Source: an uncultured delta proteobacterium (GTDB taxonomy: Bacteria; Myxococcota; Myxococcia; Myxococcales; Myxococcaceae). From it: a stretch of 64,000 nucleotides of DNA. The stretch spans positions 1 to 64,000 of the forward strand of contig CAVZMH010000012.1 in NCBI GenBank assembly GCA_963776345.1, written 5' to 3'. The notes below the pieces were generated by a model. It was not told where the DNA came from. It did not search any database and saw nothing but the letters and a program-made list of their open reading frames with translations. Positions 1-9,273 of the stretch are shown here, piece by piece; the stretch's first letter is position 1; each line of letters starts with the position of its first letter. Both the position numbers and the translations under genes were made by a program.

Positions 1-37
1 CCGCGGTTGTTCTTCCTTGGACTTAGAACCGGGCGAA

Positions 38-607
38 TTACGGGCAGGCCACCGGATTCTGGCCGTTGGACAGGAGGGCCGCGCAGTAGGTGGCGTCGAC
101 GTTTCCGCTCAGTGAATCCGCCCCGAAGTTGAGACTGAAGCTTCCCGTGGTGTGCGAGCCAGAGGTGTTGGCACCCAGCGCATTGAGGGTGAACGTCCCT
201 CCGGTGGCGTTGGCCTGGGTGGTGGTGGTGCATCCATTGGCCACGATGAACTCACTGAACGCGTACTTCCCCGCCGTCGTCGGAGGACTCTGAGGGGAGA
301 ACCAGTTGTAGGTCCCTGGCACGGGAGCGATGACGGCCTGACCGTCGAAGTTGACGAACCCGCCGATGAGCACGGTGGACTTCCCGGTGGGCGGCGTGGA
401 GGAGGTGTAGAGCGAACACAGTCCGCTGCGGTCCGAGGCCACGAGGAACAGGAAGTTCTGCGAATCAAGGGCATAGATGGCGTCGTTGATGGTCAACGAG
501 TTGCCGCCGACGCTGCCCACCGGACCGTTGTTGTTGCCCCCGTTGTTGCTGCTCCCGCAAGACACCGCGAGCGCCAGGACTCCGAGCACGGCACCAAGAC
601 GCTTCAT
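38..607 (-). CDS. Hypothetical lipoprotein (beta-rich, several Cys)
   Basis: ATG at 607 with GGAGG upstream; signal peptide MKRLGAVLGVLALAVS-C with lipobox; Gly/Asn linker. Confidence 0.8.
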   Translation of the reverse strand: MKRLGAVLGVLALAVSCGSSNNGGNNNGPVGSVGGNSLTINDAIYALDSQNFLFLVASDRSGLCSLYTSSTPPTGKSTVLIGGFVNFDGQAVIAPVPGTYNWFSPQSPPTTAGKYAFSEFIVANGCTTTTQANATGGTFTLNALGANTSGSHTTGSFSLNFGADSLSGNVDATYCAALLSNGQNPVACP

Positions 608-951
608 TAGCTTCCTCCGGCTAACGCAGGTCTCCCCGCGATGGTGCCGCTCGTATCCGAGAACGCCCAAGCGCTCCAGGAGAATGCGACTGCCCATCCG
701 AGCGAGGTCAGCGCGGCCGGAGTCTTCCGTCTGGAGCGCACCTCACCTCTCTCCGGGACATCGCCGAGCCGAGGTGGCGAATGCCCGGCAGCGTGGATTG
801 GTTGAGGCATCCGTCTGCCGCTCCGCAGCTCCTGCGCCATTCCGGCGCGCTGCGCGAAGCGGGTGCGGGGCCAAAAAGAAGCCATCGACGCTGGTCGCCG
901 GCTGTGGCCGAGCGCACCTCGCGAAGGACCTGTGCTTTGGAGCTCCTTCGC

Positions 952-1151
952 ATGCGTTCCTACGTGCTGACCCTTGCCCTTGCCTTCCCGATGGTTACCT
1001 TGGCCGAGCAGTCCGAGGTGAAGACCGGGACCACCAAGGAGACCAAGACCGCTCCTGGGAGCACCGAATCGTCCGTCGACGTCAAAAGGTCACCAAGGAC
1101 GCCCACGGCAACGTGAACAGCAGCGAGCAGAGCACCAGCGGCACGAAGTAG
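952..1151 (+). pseudogene. Small secreted Thr/Lys-rich protein, frameshifted (possible sequencing error)
   Basis: Signal peptide MRSYVLTLALAFPMVTLA; one extra A in the A4 run at 1084-1087 joins ...SSVDVK to KVTKDAHGNVNSSEQSTSGTK* with typical codon usage. Confidence 0.6.
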
Positions 1152-1196
1152 CGCTCGGTCCTGCGCGCTCTTCACAGAACCAGAAACGAGGAAATC

Positions 1197-1553
1197 ATGC
1201 GACGAAGTCTCCTTATGCTCAGTCTCATTGGCGCAGGACTCGGGCTCGCCGGGTGCAGTCAGGACGCTGAACTGGCCGCCTGCAGGTCCGAGCTTGCCGT
1301 GGCCGTGGCAGCCTCCAAGACGGCCCAGGACCGCGTCACCGCCCTGGAGCAGCAGTTGGCGGCGAGCACCGAACGGCTCACCCAGTTGGCCGCGGACGCA
1401 GCCGCCCCGGCGCCAAGCAAACCGCACCCGACGAGCGCACCGCGCGCAGCCAACGCGCCAACTGCTGCACCGGCCCCTTCTCCTGCACCGAGTTCCAGCC
1501 AGCCCCCTCCGGCGCCGCTTTCTCCGGAGCAGCGACGGACCCAGAAGTTCTAG
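1197..1553 (+). CDS. Lipoprotein with coiled coil and Pro-rich tail
   Basis: GAGG RBS; lipobox LAGC; heptad-like segment; Pro/Ala-rich C-terminus. Confidence 0.75.
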   Translation: MRRSLLMLSLIGAGLGLAGCSQDAELAACRSELAVAVAASKTAQDRVTALEQQLAASTERLTQLAADAAAPAPSKPHPTSAPRAANAPTAAPAPSPAPSSSQPPPAPLSPEQRRTQKF

Positions 1554-1574
1554 CTCACCCTGGAGACCCACCAC

Positions 1575-2084
1575 GTGAAACTCAAGCTCATTGCTGCAGC
1601 CGTCCCGGTGCTCGTACTGCTCGCGTGCGGCTCGGACAGTAACCAGACCTACTCGCTCGCCTCGGGCACCTACACCCTGAGCAGCACCTCGGCCGTCGCC
1701 CCAGACAACTGCAATCTCGGGTCGGCCTTCACCGACGGCGACCAGATCCAGATCGCCGTCGCGGGAAGCAACGTGACCTTCGTGTTCGGAGCGGTCAATG
1801 CCGCCCGTAACCCGGTCACCTCGTTGCAGGGAAACGCGCTGTCGTCCGGATCGAAGACCTACGACTTCGACAACAACACGCTGCCCGCCGGTCAGAACTT
1901 CGACTGCGTGGAGACCGATACCATCACCGTCGCCAACGGCACGGTCACGGCGAACAACCAGCTGACGGCCACGCTATCGGTGAGCGCGGTGCAGAAGTCC
2001 GGTACGGCCTGCACGCCGGCCAATCTGGGGTACAAGACGTTCCCTTGCTCGTCGACGCTCAGCTTCGACGCCAAGAAGCCGTAG
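1575..2084 (+). CDS. Hypothetical lipoprotein (beta-rich, Cys pairs)
   Basis: GGAG RBS, GTG start; lipobox LLAC; strong GC3 codon bias. Confidence 0.8.
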   Translation: MKLKLIAAAVPVLVLLACGSDSNQTYSLASGTYTLSSTSAVAPDNCNLGSAFTDGDQIQIAVAGSNVTFVFGAVNAARNPVTSLQGNALSSGSKTYDFDNNTLPAGQNFDCVETDTITVANGTVTANNQLTATLSVSAVQKSGTACTPANLGYKTFPCSSTLSFDAKKP

Positions 2085-2178
2085 CGTGAGCTGGTGCCGG
2101 CGGCCGCATTCCGTTCATGTTCATCCTCCCTCCGAACGGGCCTAGACTCCGACGGCCGGGTCGCGATTCCGCGGAGAC

Positions 2179-2283
2179 TCACGCGCTCAGGTCGCCCCAC
2201 AGTCCCCTGGTCCTGGTCAGCACCACCCGATCCAGGCCGACGCGGTAGCCCTTCGAGCTCCGATTCTGGCCGACGGCCGCCAC
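2179..2283 (-). pseudogene. Possible remnant of a carbohydrate-binding-module-like C-terminus
   Basis: Reads VAAVGQNRSSKGYRVGLDRVVLTRTRGLWGDLSA*, similar from memory to V.GKN..S.GY.VGLD.I.L termini of beta-sandwich modules; no N-terminal part. Confidence 0.3.
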
Positions 2284-2454
2284 GGCCCGTCGTCCGCAAG
2301 GAGCAGGTCAATCGAGCACGCCGTTGACTCGGCTCACGGATGCGCCTGGGCGCGCAGCGGGTCGATTCCCATCCCCAGCTCCCAGGGTGGGCTCCCCTGC
2401 TGGCCATCCCCAACGCGATCGGCTCTGATACGACCCGTTGCAAGGGGGCTTCCG

Positions 2455-2997
2455 ATGAACGCTCTCCCGCAGTCCGTCGTCGCCGTCGAGGCATCCCGCG
2501 CGCGTGCCACCGTCCCGGGCTGGGCGCGCCTGGGTTTCCTCTTCGGGTTGCTCAGCGCGGCGTCGATCGCGCTCTGGGGCCCGATCGGCGTCTCCGGCAC
2601 CTACCCGCGGCTGGTGGGTGCGGCGCTCCGCTGGCTCGTGCCCGGCTGGGCCGGTGCCCACCCCTACCTGGTCAAGATGGGAGCGCTGGCGAAGCCCGAG
2701 AGCTTCCTCGTGCTCGGCCTGCTCATCGGAGGATTCGCCGCCTCCCGGCTCTCGCGCCAGCCGGCGCCGGCACCGGCCGCGATCCACCCGGGCGAGACCC
2801 GCAGCGCGGTCCGCTATCGCGATGCCTTCCTCGGCGGCGTCCTGATCATCTTCGGCGCCAGACTCGCCGGCGGCTGCACCAGCGGGCACATCATCTCCGG
2901 CATCACCCAGCTCTCGCTGAGCGGGATGGTGTTCGCCGCCGGCGTGTTCGTGACGGGGATCCTCACCGCGCGCCTTCTGCAGAGAGGAGGGCGCTGA
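2455..2997 (+). CDS. YeeE/YedE-family sulfur-compound transporter subunit (PmpAB-like)
   Basis: Hydrophobic helices; motif FGARLAGGCTSGH. Confidence 0.9.
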   Translation: MNALPQSVVAVEASRARATVPGWARLGFLFGLLSAASIALWGPIGVSGTYPRLVGAALRWLVPGWAGAHPYLVKMGALAKPESFLVLGLLIGGFAASRLSRQPAPAPAAIHPGETRSAVRYRDAFLGGVLIIFGARLAGGCTSGHIISGITQLSLSGMVFAAGVFVTGILTARLLQRGGR

Positions 2998-3543
2998 ATG
3001 GACCGGCTCTCCGCGCTGCTGGTCGGGGTGGCGATGGGGGCGCTGCTCCAGCGCGTGCGCGCCTCCGACCCCGGGATGATCGCCCGCAACCTGCGCCTGG
3101 AGGATCTCTCGATCATCAAGTTCATGGGCACCGCCATCGCGGTCGGCGCGGTGGTGGTCTCGCTCGCCGGGCTGGCGCTGCCGATGCACCTCGACATCAG
3201 GCCCGCGTACCTGGTCGGTGTGCTCGCCGGTGGTCTGGTGTTCGGAGTCGGCTTTGGGCTGGGCGGCTTCTGTCCGGGCACCTGCGTGGTCGGCCTCGCC
3301 GAGGGTCGCAAGGACGCGCGCTGGGCGCTGCTCGGCGGGATCGCGGGCGCGCTCGTCTTCACCCTGCTCTACGAGCTCGTGGTGGCGCCGCTGCTGCCCC
3401 TGCTCGACCTGGGCAAGGTCACCCTGGCCGACCTGCTGCACCTGCCGGCGCCAGTCGTTGCGGGGGCGATGGCCGCCGTCCTCCTCGCCGGGGTCACGTG
3501 GCTGCCGACCGTGCGCCGCCGGCCGGATGGCCGACCGTCGTGA
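2998..3543 (+). CDS. YeeE/YedE-family sulfur-compound transporter subunit (PmpAB-like)
   Basis: Motif GGLVFGVGFGLGGFCPGT; ATG directly follows the TGA of the preceding gene. Confidence 0.9.
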   Translation: MDRLSALLVGVAMGALLQRVRASDPGMIARNLRLEDLSIIKFMGTAIAVGAVVVSLAGLALPMHLDIRPAYLVGVLAGGLVFGVGFGLGGFCPGTCVVGLAEGRKDARWALLGGIAGALVFTLLYELVVAPLLPLLDLGKVTLADLLHLPAPVVAGAMAAVLLAGVTWLPTVRRRPDGRPS

Positions 3544-3559
3544 TCATCGAGGCGCCCGA

Positions 3560-4507
3560 TCATCGTCGCGCTTGCCGGTAATAGACGGCGTCCTCGGGGA
3601 CCGGCTCGACCAGGTAGTCGCGGGCCTTCTCGGGGAAGACCGGCCGTGGCTTGCTGTCGATGTAGGCGGCGATCTGCTGCGCCTCCTCGTCGGTGAGCGA
3701 GCCCGGGGCCGAGTAGGGCATCGCGTGCCGGACGAAGCTCGCCAGGGTGTACACCCGCGCGGCTCCGGCTCCGTCGTTCCAGGAGCGCGGACCCCAGAGC
3801 GGACCGGGGTGGATGTCGCCGATGTCCACGCCTTGCCCGTCCCGCCCGTGACAGAGCTCGCACTTCTGGCGGTAGAGGCGGGCGCCGCGCGCCGGGTCGA
3901 GGCGGGACAGAGGGATCCGCTTCAGCTGCGCACGCTGGTGGTCGCGCCAGGCCCGGGTGTCCTCGGCGGTGACGCCGTCCGAGAGCCAGCGCAGGTAGGC
4001 GGCGATCGCCTGCACCTCGGGCGCGTCCGGTCCGGGGTGGGGCGTGGCGTTCTCGTGCTCGCCGCTGGGGTCCTTCCGGAGAGCGGTCGAGTTGAGGCTG
4101 CGCAGAAAGCAACCCACCACCCGGTCCTCCAGCGAGAAGGCTCGGCCGGAGCGGCGGTTGTACTCGGGGAAGACGGCGGCGATGCCGACCAGCGGGAGTG
4201 CGCCCTCCTTCTGCCCCGCGTGGAGGTGGCAGCTCCCGCACGACAGCGCGCTGGCGACGCTGCCGCGGGCATGCCGCGGCGTGTCCTGGAAGAGTGCGTA
4301 CCCGCGCCGGATCTGCTCGGCGAGCGCGCCGTCGGCCGGGAGCGGGTCGCGCGCCGGGTCCTTGACCCGCACCGCATTCTCCACGATCGATGCCGACGCC
4401 GGGACCAGGCGCTGCCCGGACGCGACTCCGCCATCCGCCGCCGGGGCTCCGGCGGCGCCAGCTGCGAGGAGCAGGGCCAGCGCCAGGGCCGGAATCGCGG
4501 AGCTCAG
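3560..4507 (-). CDS. tsdA: Diheme cytochrome c, TsdA-type thiosulfate dehydrogenase/tetrathionate reductase family (start uncertain, probably CTG)
   Basis: Two CxxCH motifs (CGSCH, CELCH); RVVGCFLRSLN with the Cys ligand motif; PLWG..SWNDGAG and FVRHAMP; signal-peptide-like N-terminus. Confidence 0.8.
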   Translation of the reverse strand: MSSAIPALALALLLAAGAAGAPAADGGVASGQRLVPASASIVENAVRVKDPARDPLPADGALAEQIRRGYALFQDTPRHARGSVASALSCGSCHLHAGQKEGALPLVGIAAVFPEYNRRSGRAFSLEDRVVGCFLRSLNSTALRKDPSGEHENATPHPGPDAPEVQAIAAYLRWLSDGVTAEDTRAWRDHQRAQLKRIPLSRLDPARGARLYRQKCELCHGRDGQGVDIGDIHPGPLWGPRSWNDGAGAARVYTLASFVRHAMPYSAPGSLTDEEAQQIAAYIDSKPRPVFPEKARDYLVEPVPEDAVYYRQARR

Positions 4508-5265
4508 ATGAGCGGCAACAGCTTCCAGCCGGACTCCATCGCGGCGTGCAGCGCGCCCACGCCCGCCGGGACGATCATGTAACCGGGGAGCATGTTGGCC
4601 TTCCACTCCGCCAGGGCCGCGGCCGGATCGGCGCCCATGCCCATCGCCATCATCCCGGAGAACGCGGTCATCGCGTTGTGGCAGACCATGAAGACCGCGC
4701 CGCGCTTGATGCAGGCCTCGCCGCTCCAGTCCTGGTAGACGTTGCCCCCGGCGCCGGGGTCGCCGTCGAAGCTCATCGAGGTCTGCGCCTTGTAATAGAC
4801 GTTGGAAGTCTCCGGCTTGCCATTGGCGTCGTTGAGACCGAAGGCGGCGCCGAACTTGTACTTGGCCCACATCGCGTCGTTGAGCGCGAGGATGATCGAC
4901 GGGCCGTACAGCACCGCGCCCGCGGCGACCGTGCCCTTGCCCCAGCCGTTGGAGACCTCGCCGGCATTGAGGCTGTTCTGGATGTGGATGTAGAGGCTGG
5001 CGAGCCCGGGGATGATCAGGTGTGGCTGCACCGACTGGTAGATCACCTTGTGCGCCTTCTTGGTGCGCAGCGCCGCCCACATCTTCTTCTCGTCGTAGTC
5101 GGACGGCTTGAGCACCGGGAAGTGGACGGCCGACGGTGGCGGCGGCGGCGGGCCCTTGGCCGGCGGTGCGGACTGGCCTTCGGCGTTGGCCTTGCCGCTG
5201 GTCAACGCCAGCGCTCCGGCAGCAGTGAGTGCGCTCCGCAAGAATAGGCCTCGGGTCATCTCCAT
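4504..5265 (-). CDS. Tat-type exported DsrE-fold protein resembling the Acidithiobacillus-type thiosulfate dehydrogenase (Tsd) family
   Basis: GGAGG RBS; TRGLFL Tat-like signal ending ANA; NSLNA, LALNDAMWAKY, RGAVFMVCHNA, IVPAGVGAL motifs; family match recalled, not searched. Confidence 0.65.
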   Translation of the reverse strand: MEMTRGLFLRSALTAAGALALTSGKANAEGQSAPPAKGPPPPPPSAVHFPVLKPSDYDEKKMWAALRTKKAHKVIYQSVQPHLIIPGLASLYIHIQNSLNAGEVSNGWGKGTVAAGAVLYGPSIILALNDAMWAKYKFGAAFGLNDANGKPETSNVYYKAQTSMSFDGDPGAGGNVYQDWSGEACIKRGAVFMVCHNAMTAFSGMMAMGMGADPAAALAEWKANMLPGYMIVPAGVGALHAAMESGWKLLPLI

Positions 5266-5414
5266 GGCTTCCTCCCCGACGTGCGTGGACCGGGCTCGAC
5301 GCAACCGGTTGGCGTCTCCCGTCGATGAGCAAACCTAATCCGCCCGAACATGATCGACAATGGCCTCGCCAACCTCGAACCTCGGGCACTGGTGCAGCCA
5401 GAAGGGGGATTCAC

Positions 5415-5909
5415 ATGGGCTTCGTTCGCATGGGCATGGTGCTTCCGGCGGTCGTGCTGCTCCTCGGTTCCGCCGGCGGCGCCACCGGGGACGAGCGCGC
5501 GCTGCTCGCCGGAATCAAGGAGGGGAAGATCGTCTACGACATCACCGAGGGAGACGGTAAGGCCCTCGTGACGCGGCTCGAGTCGATCGAGGAGACGCGC
5601 CAGGACCTCATCAAGCAGGGCATCACCCCGCGCTTCGTCCTGTCCTTCCGCGGGCCGGCCACGCTGTTGGTGCAGAGTGATCTGGAGAAGGTGAAGCCGG
5701 AGGCGCGACCCTATGTCGCCCAGATCGCGTCGATGCTGGCGAAGATGGGCAAGACCGCCGGCTTCGACAGCCTCGAGCAGTGCGGGGTCGCGATCCGCCA
5801 TGCCGGCACCAGGGCCGAGAACGTGGTCCCGGCGGTGAAGGTGGTCGCCAACAGCTTCGTCACCCTCATGGCCTACCAGGCGAAGGGCTACGCGTACATC
5901 CGTGGCTGA
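5415..5909 (+). CDS. Secreted DsrE-family protein
   Basis: Signal peptide; KIVYDI, LSFRGPA, LEQCGVA, VVANSFVTLMAYQAKGYAYI pattern typical of single-Cys DsrE proteins. Confidence 0.8.
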   Translation: MGFVRMGMVLPAVVLLLGSAGGATGDERALLAGIKEGKIVYDITEGDGKALVTRLESIEETRQDLIKQGITPRFVLSFRGPATLLVQSDLEKVKPEARPYVAQIASMLAKMGKTAGFDSLEQCGVAIRHAGTRAENVVPAVKVVANSFVTLMAYQAKGYAYIRG

Positions 5910-6053
5910 GGAGCAGTCGCGGTGCCGAGACGAGCGCGCGGGCGAGGGCGTAGCGCCAACGATGCCGCCGCGCCAGACCCCCCGCCAGCGGCTCTAGCCG
6001 TGGCGACCCGTTTGGTCCCATGCTGAAGAGAGTGCCGGCAACCTCGCTTCCTC

Positions 6054-6512
6054 GTGCCGGCGAGTCGTCTGGAGGGCCGGGACATCTTGAGACCGGGCGT
6101 CCGCCTCGTCGTTCTCCGGGCCGGTGGTCTGCTCCTGCTCGGGCTCGGCCTGCTGCACCTCGCCGCCACTCCGTTCATCGTTCGCATGCTGCAAGATGGA
6201 GCGGCGACGGGTGCTGCTGCCTGGTTGACTCCGCCGATGGTGCTGAACCACGTCGTGGTCGGCATCCTGCTCCTGCCATGCGGGGGCCTCGTCTGCTACG
6301 CCGCCCCGGATGCCGCTGCGGGCGCGCGCTGGGCACTGGTCGTGACCCGCTCCATTGCCCTGACCATCGCCGTGCTGGTCCCGACCTTGTTCCTGGTCAT
6401 GGGGCTTCAGCACTTCGAGGCGGTCCTCTTCCGCATTGCTGCCATCATCGTCTGCCTGGCCAGCGGGACCCTGCTGCTCACCGCGTTCTGGCCTCGCGCC
6501 AGACAGGCGTGA
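6054..6512 (+). CDS. Hypothetical 4-TM membrane protein
   Basis: Four hydrophobic helices, His residues within helices; start uncertain. Confidence 0.7.
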   Translation: MPASRLEGRDILRPGVRLVVLRAGGLLLLGLGLLHLAATPFIVRMLQDGAATGAAAWLTPPMVLNHVVVGILLLPCGGLVCYAAPDAAAGARWALVVTRSIALTIAVLVPTLFLVMGLQHFEAVLFRIAAIIVCLASGTLLLTAFWPRARQA

Positions 6513-6598
6513 CTTCCCGCCCTGCCCGGCGGCCCACCCCCTGGGTTTCTCCGGCGCGACGTCGATGGGAAGAGCTGTCCCGGGCAGCCATCGTTCGT

Positions 6599-7324
6599 CT
6601 ATCGCGCGTCCATCCAGGTGTTCGACCCCACCAGCTTGACGGCCACATTCGAGAGGAAAATGTGCAGCGGTTTGCCGTTGGCTGTTCCGCGGCGATCTAG
6701 TGAGAGCAGCAGGGGTCCAGCCTTCTTGTAGTCAGCCCAGGTCGCAATGGAAACGAGCTTGATCGGTCCGCCGCGGTGATAGGCGAATTCCTGAATTCTG
6801 CCGTCGGTGCCGACGTAGAGTTCCCACGTGTCGCCCGGGGTATAGCCGCCTTCCGAGGAATACGTCACCACGATTCTCTTGGCTGACCCCTTCCCCAGCG
6901 GCAGCTTGTGCATACCGGTCTCTTCCACCTTGGCGCCGCTGTCCCAGACAAGATGGAATGGGAAGAGTAGATTATACTGATCGTTTATGAAAGCCGGATC
7001 GATCTCGTCTTTTACGATAGCGGCCTGGCTATTAACCTGAGAGCGCTGGTACGTAAGCTTTACCGGCTTGCCCGCCTTGTCTTTCCCCTCGTAGGAGACC
7101 TGGTCGGCCTTCGGCTCCCATACCCACGTTCGAGAAACTTTGAACGCTCCCTCCGCGTTGAAGGTGTAGCGGATTGCCTCGATTTGACTGAACGAGTCGA
7201 GACCATAGGTCTTGGCGATTTGTTCTGAGACTGGCGCGCGCTCCTGCGCCAGGGACCTCTCGGTGAGAATCAACAGCCCGAGAACCAGGAGACGGGTCAG
7301 CAGAACACGGCTCGCATCTTTCAT
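6599..7324 (-). CDS. Secreted hypothetical protein with atypically low GC
   Basis: AAGGAG RBS, ATG at 7324; signal peptide ending SLA; YTPGDTWELY motif; many A/T-ending codons. Confidence 0.85.
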   Translation of the reverse strand: MKDASRVLLTRLLVLGLLILTERSLAQERAPVSEQIAKTYGLDSFSQIEAIRYTFNAEGAFKVSRTWVWEPKADQVSYEGKDKAGKPVKLTYQRSQVNSQAAIVKDEIDPAFINDQYNLLFPFHLVWDSGAKVEETGMHKLPLGKGSAKRIVVTYSSEGGYTPGDTWELYVGTDGRIQEFAYHRGGPIKLVSIATWADYKKAGPLLLSLDRRGTANGKPLHIFLSNVAVKLVGSNTWMDAR

Positions 7325-7549
7325 GGAGCTCTCCTCCTTGGTGATGGACGGCGTCTTGGATGGCAGTTGGCAGGCTCGCACGGGAGGCGGGTCTCGTGCA
7401 CCGCCTCGTCGGCAGGAGCGCCACCGAGGTGTGCTGGAGGGCGTGAACCGAGCCGGGCCCGGCTCCTTCACCGCCGCCCCGGCGAATACCCGGGTTGTTC
7501 TTCCCTGGACCTGGGCAGGGCGAGGACCGGGACAAACCGAACAGGATCT

Positions 7550-9095
7550 CTACGGATTGGTGAAGTCTCGCGGGGAGGTCGTCCCCCCGAAGTAGCTGCC
7601 TGCACCGACCAGGTGCAGCGCGGCCGCCCCGGCGAGATCGTCCACGCTCGCCACCGGTCCGAAGGCGTTCACGACCCATCTGAAGGCACCGGAGAGTCCC
7701 AGGCCCTGCGCGGAGAGATCGGGAATCCTTGCCGAGGTCGCGGCCGTGAACACGAAGTAGTTCGGCGACGTCCCGGAGCCCAGGAGGAACAAGACGTAGA
7801 CCGTGCCGGTCATGGGGGTCCAGGTGAAGTCGGTGGTCGTTCCCACGTTCGTCGCATGGTCCGCCGGAACGACCGCGGTGCAGGGAGTCGGGAGATCGAC
7901 GACGACGTTCGCCGTCCCGGGAGAGATTCCAGCCAGCTGAGTCGCAGAGACATTGGTCCCGGCGTAGAGCGCGGTGGCGATGAGAGTGGCGGTCGCCCCA
8001 CTCACGTCGGGGAAGGGATAGCTGAAACTGCCGGAGGGAGTGTCTGCCCCCGAGTAAGGTCGGGGGCGTTCCGGGAAAGACGATGGACAGGGTCTGGCCG
8101 AAATAGGACAAAGAAGGGGCAAGGTGGATCGTGCCGCCGATCGTCGAAGCCGGCGGAGCGCTCATCACCAGATCGGCAGAGGCGGTGCCGCCGCTGGAGA
8201 TGCTGACGCCGGGCGTGCTTGCATAGCCCGTGAAGGAGGCCGGTCGGTTGTTCGCGTCCAGCCGCCACTGCAGGACATGGACCGTTCCGGTGGTCGCGCT
8301 CGGGCCCACCCAGGACGGGTTCAGGGTGTACGGATTGCTCGTGACATTCGTCTGAGCATTGTTCACCAGCCAGTCTGGAATGTCCGGCGAGCCGAGGATC
8401 AGACGGGTCACCTCGTCGGCAGCGCCGAGAGGATTCCCTCCGGTCACGTTGCCGGTCAATGTGCCCGTGCTGGTCGAGGCCGTCATCCCGGGCATGAGGA
8501 TCGTGGGGTCGCGGCGGGTGAGTCCCTGATACAGGACGCCGAGCTTCCTGGGTGACGGTGCGACCGCAGTCAGGTCGTAGGGGGGCGGGACGCTGGAGAT
8601 CGTGAACCCACCGTCTGCGTTGGTCAGCGCCGATTTGGCCCCGATGGTCACGTTCACTCCAGCGATCGGCACGAGGTCGCTGCCGAGGACTCTCCCGCTG
8701 ACGTCGATGGCGGCAGGCACGTCGACGTGTACCGTCGCGCTGGCGCTGAGCCCGCCTCCTGCGCTGGCCGTCACGGTCGCGGTCATCGCCGTGCCGCCGA
8801 AGGGTGGAGGGGTGTATGCCGCGGTCGATCCCCCCGAAGGGGCGATGCTGCCCGGGCCACTCAGCGTCCAGGAAATCGGGTTCGAGGACCCGGAGAGGCT
8901 GGCGGTGAACGTCACCGCCGGACCGCCCAGGATGGCCGTCGCGGTCTGCGGTGAGAGGGTCAGGGTGGGCTGGCCAGCACCACCGCCCCCACCGCCGCAG
9001 GCGACGAGACAGAGCAGGGTGAGCGCGGATGCACTGCGAGCAGCAAAGGACATGCTTGCCACCCCAGCCCCTCGGCGCAACGCGTTGGCGGACAT
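7550..9095 (-). pseudogene. Lipoprotein with Ig-like/carboxypeptidase-regulatory-like domains, frameshifted near 8047-8051
   Basis: Lipobox LVAC + poly-Gly; Ig-like strands; removing one base from the C5 run joins ...PTLLG to ADTPSGSFSYP... in ORF 7550..8122. Confidence 0.7.
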
Positions 9096-9273
9096 CGGCA
9101 TCTCCAAATTGGCGGGGACCGGCTGCAGCGCCGCCCCCGAATCTGGTAACGAAAAAGCCCGCCCGATCCGGACATCACGTCCGGTTCACTCGTGCGGGAC
9201 GGCGAGGACACCGCAGGCGCGCGATCCCCGCGTCGCCCTGGCCGGTGTCGGCGTCGATGGGCTTCCAGACGCT

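Noticed and set aside
4508..5389. N-terminal extension of the 609-aa cytochrome ORF
   Set aside because: It overlaps the DsrE-fold gene out of frame and reads as non-protein-like sequence
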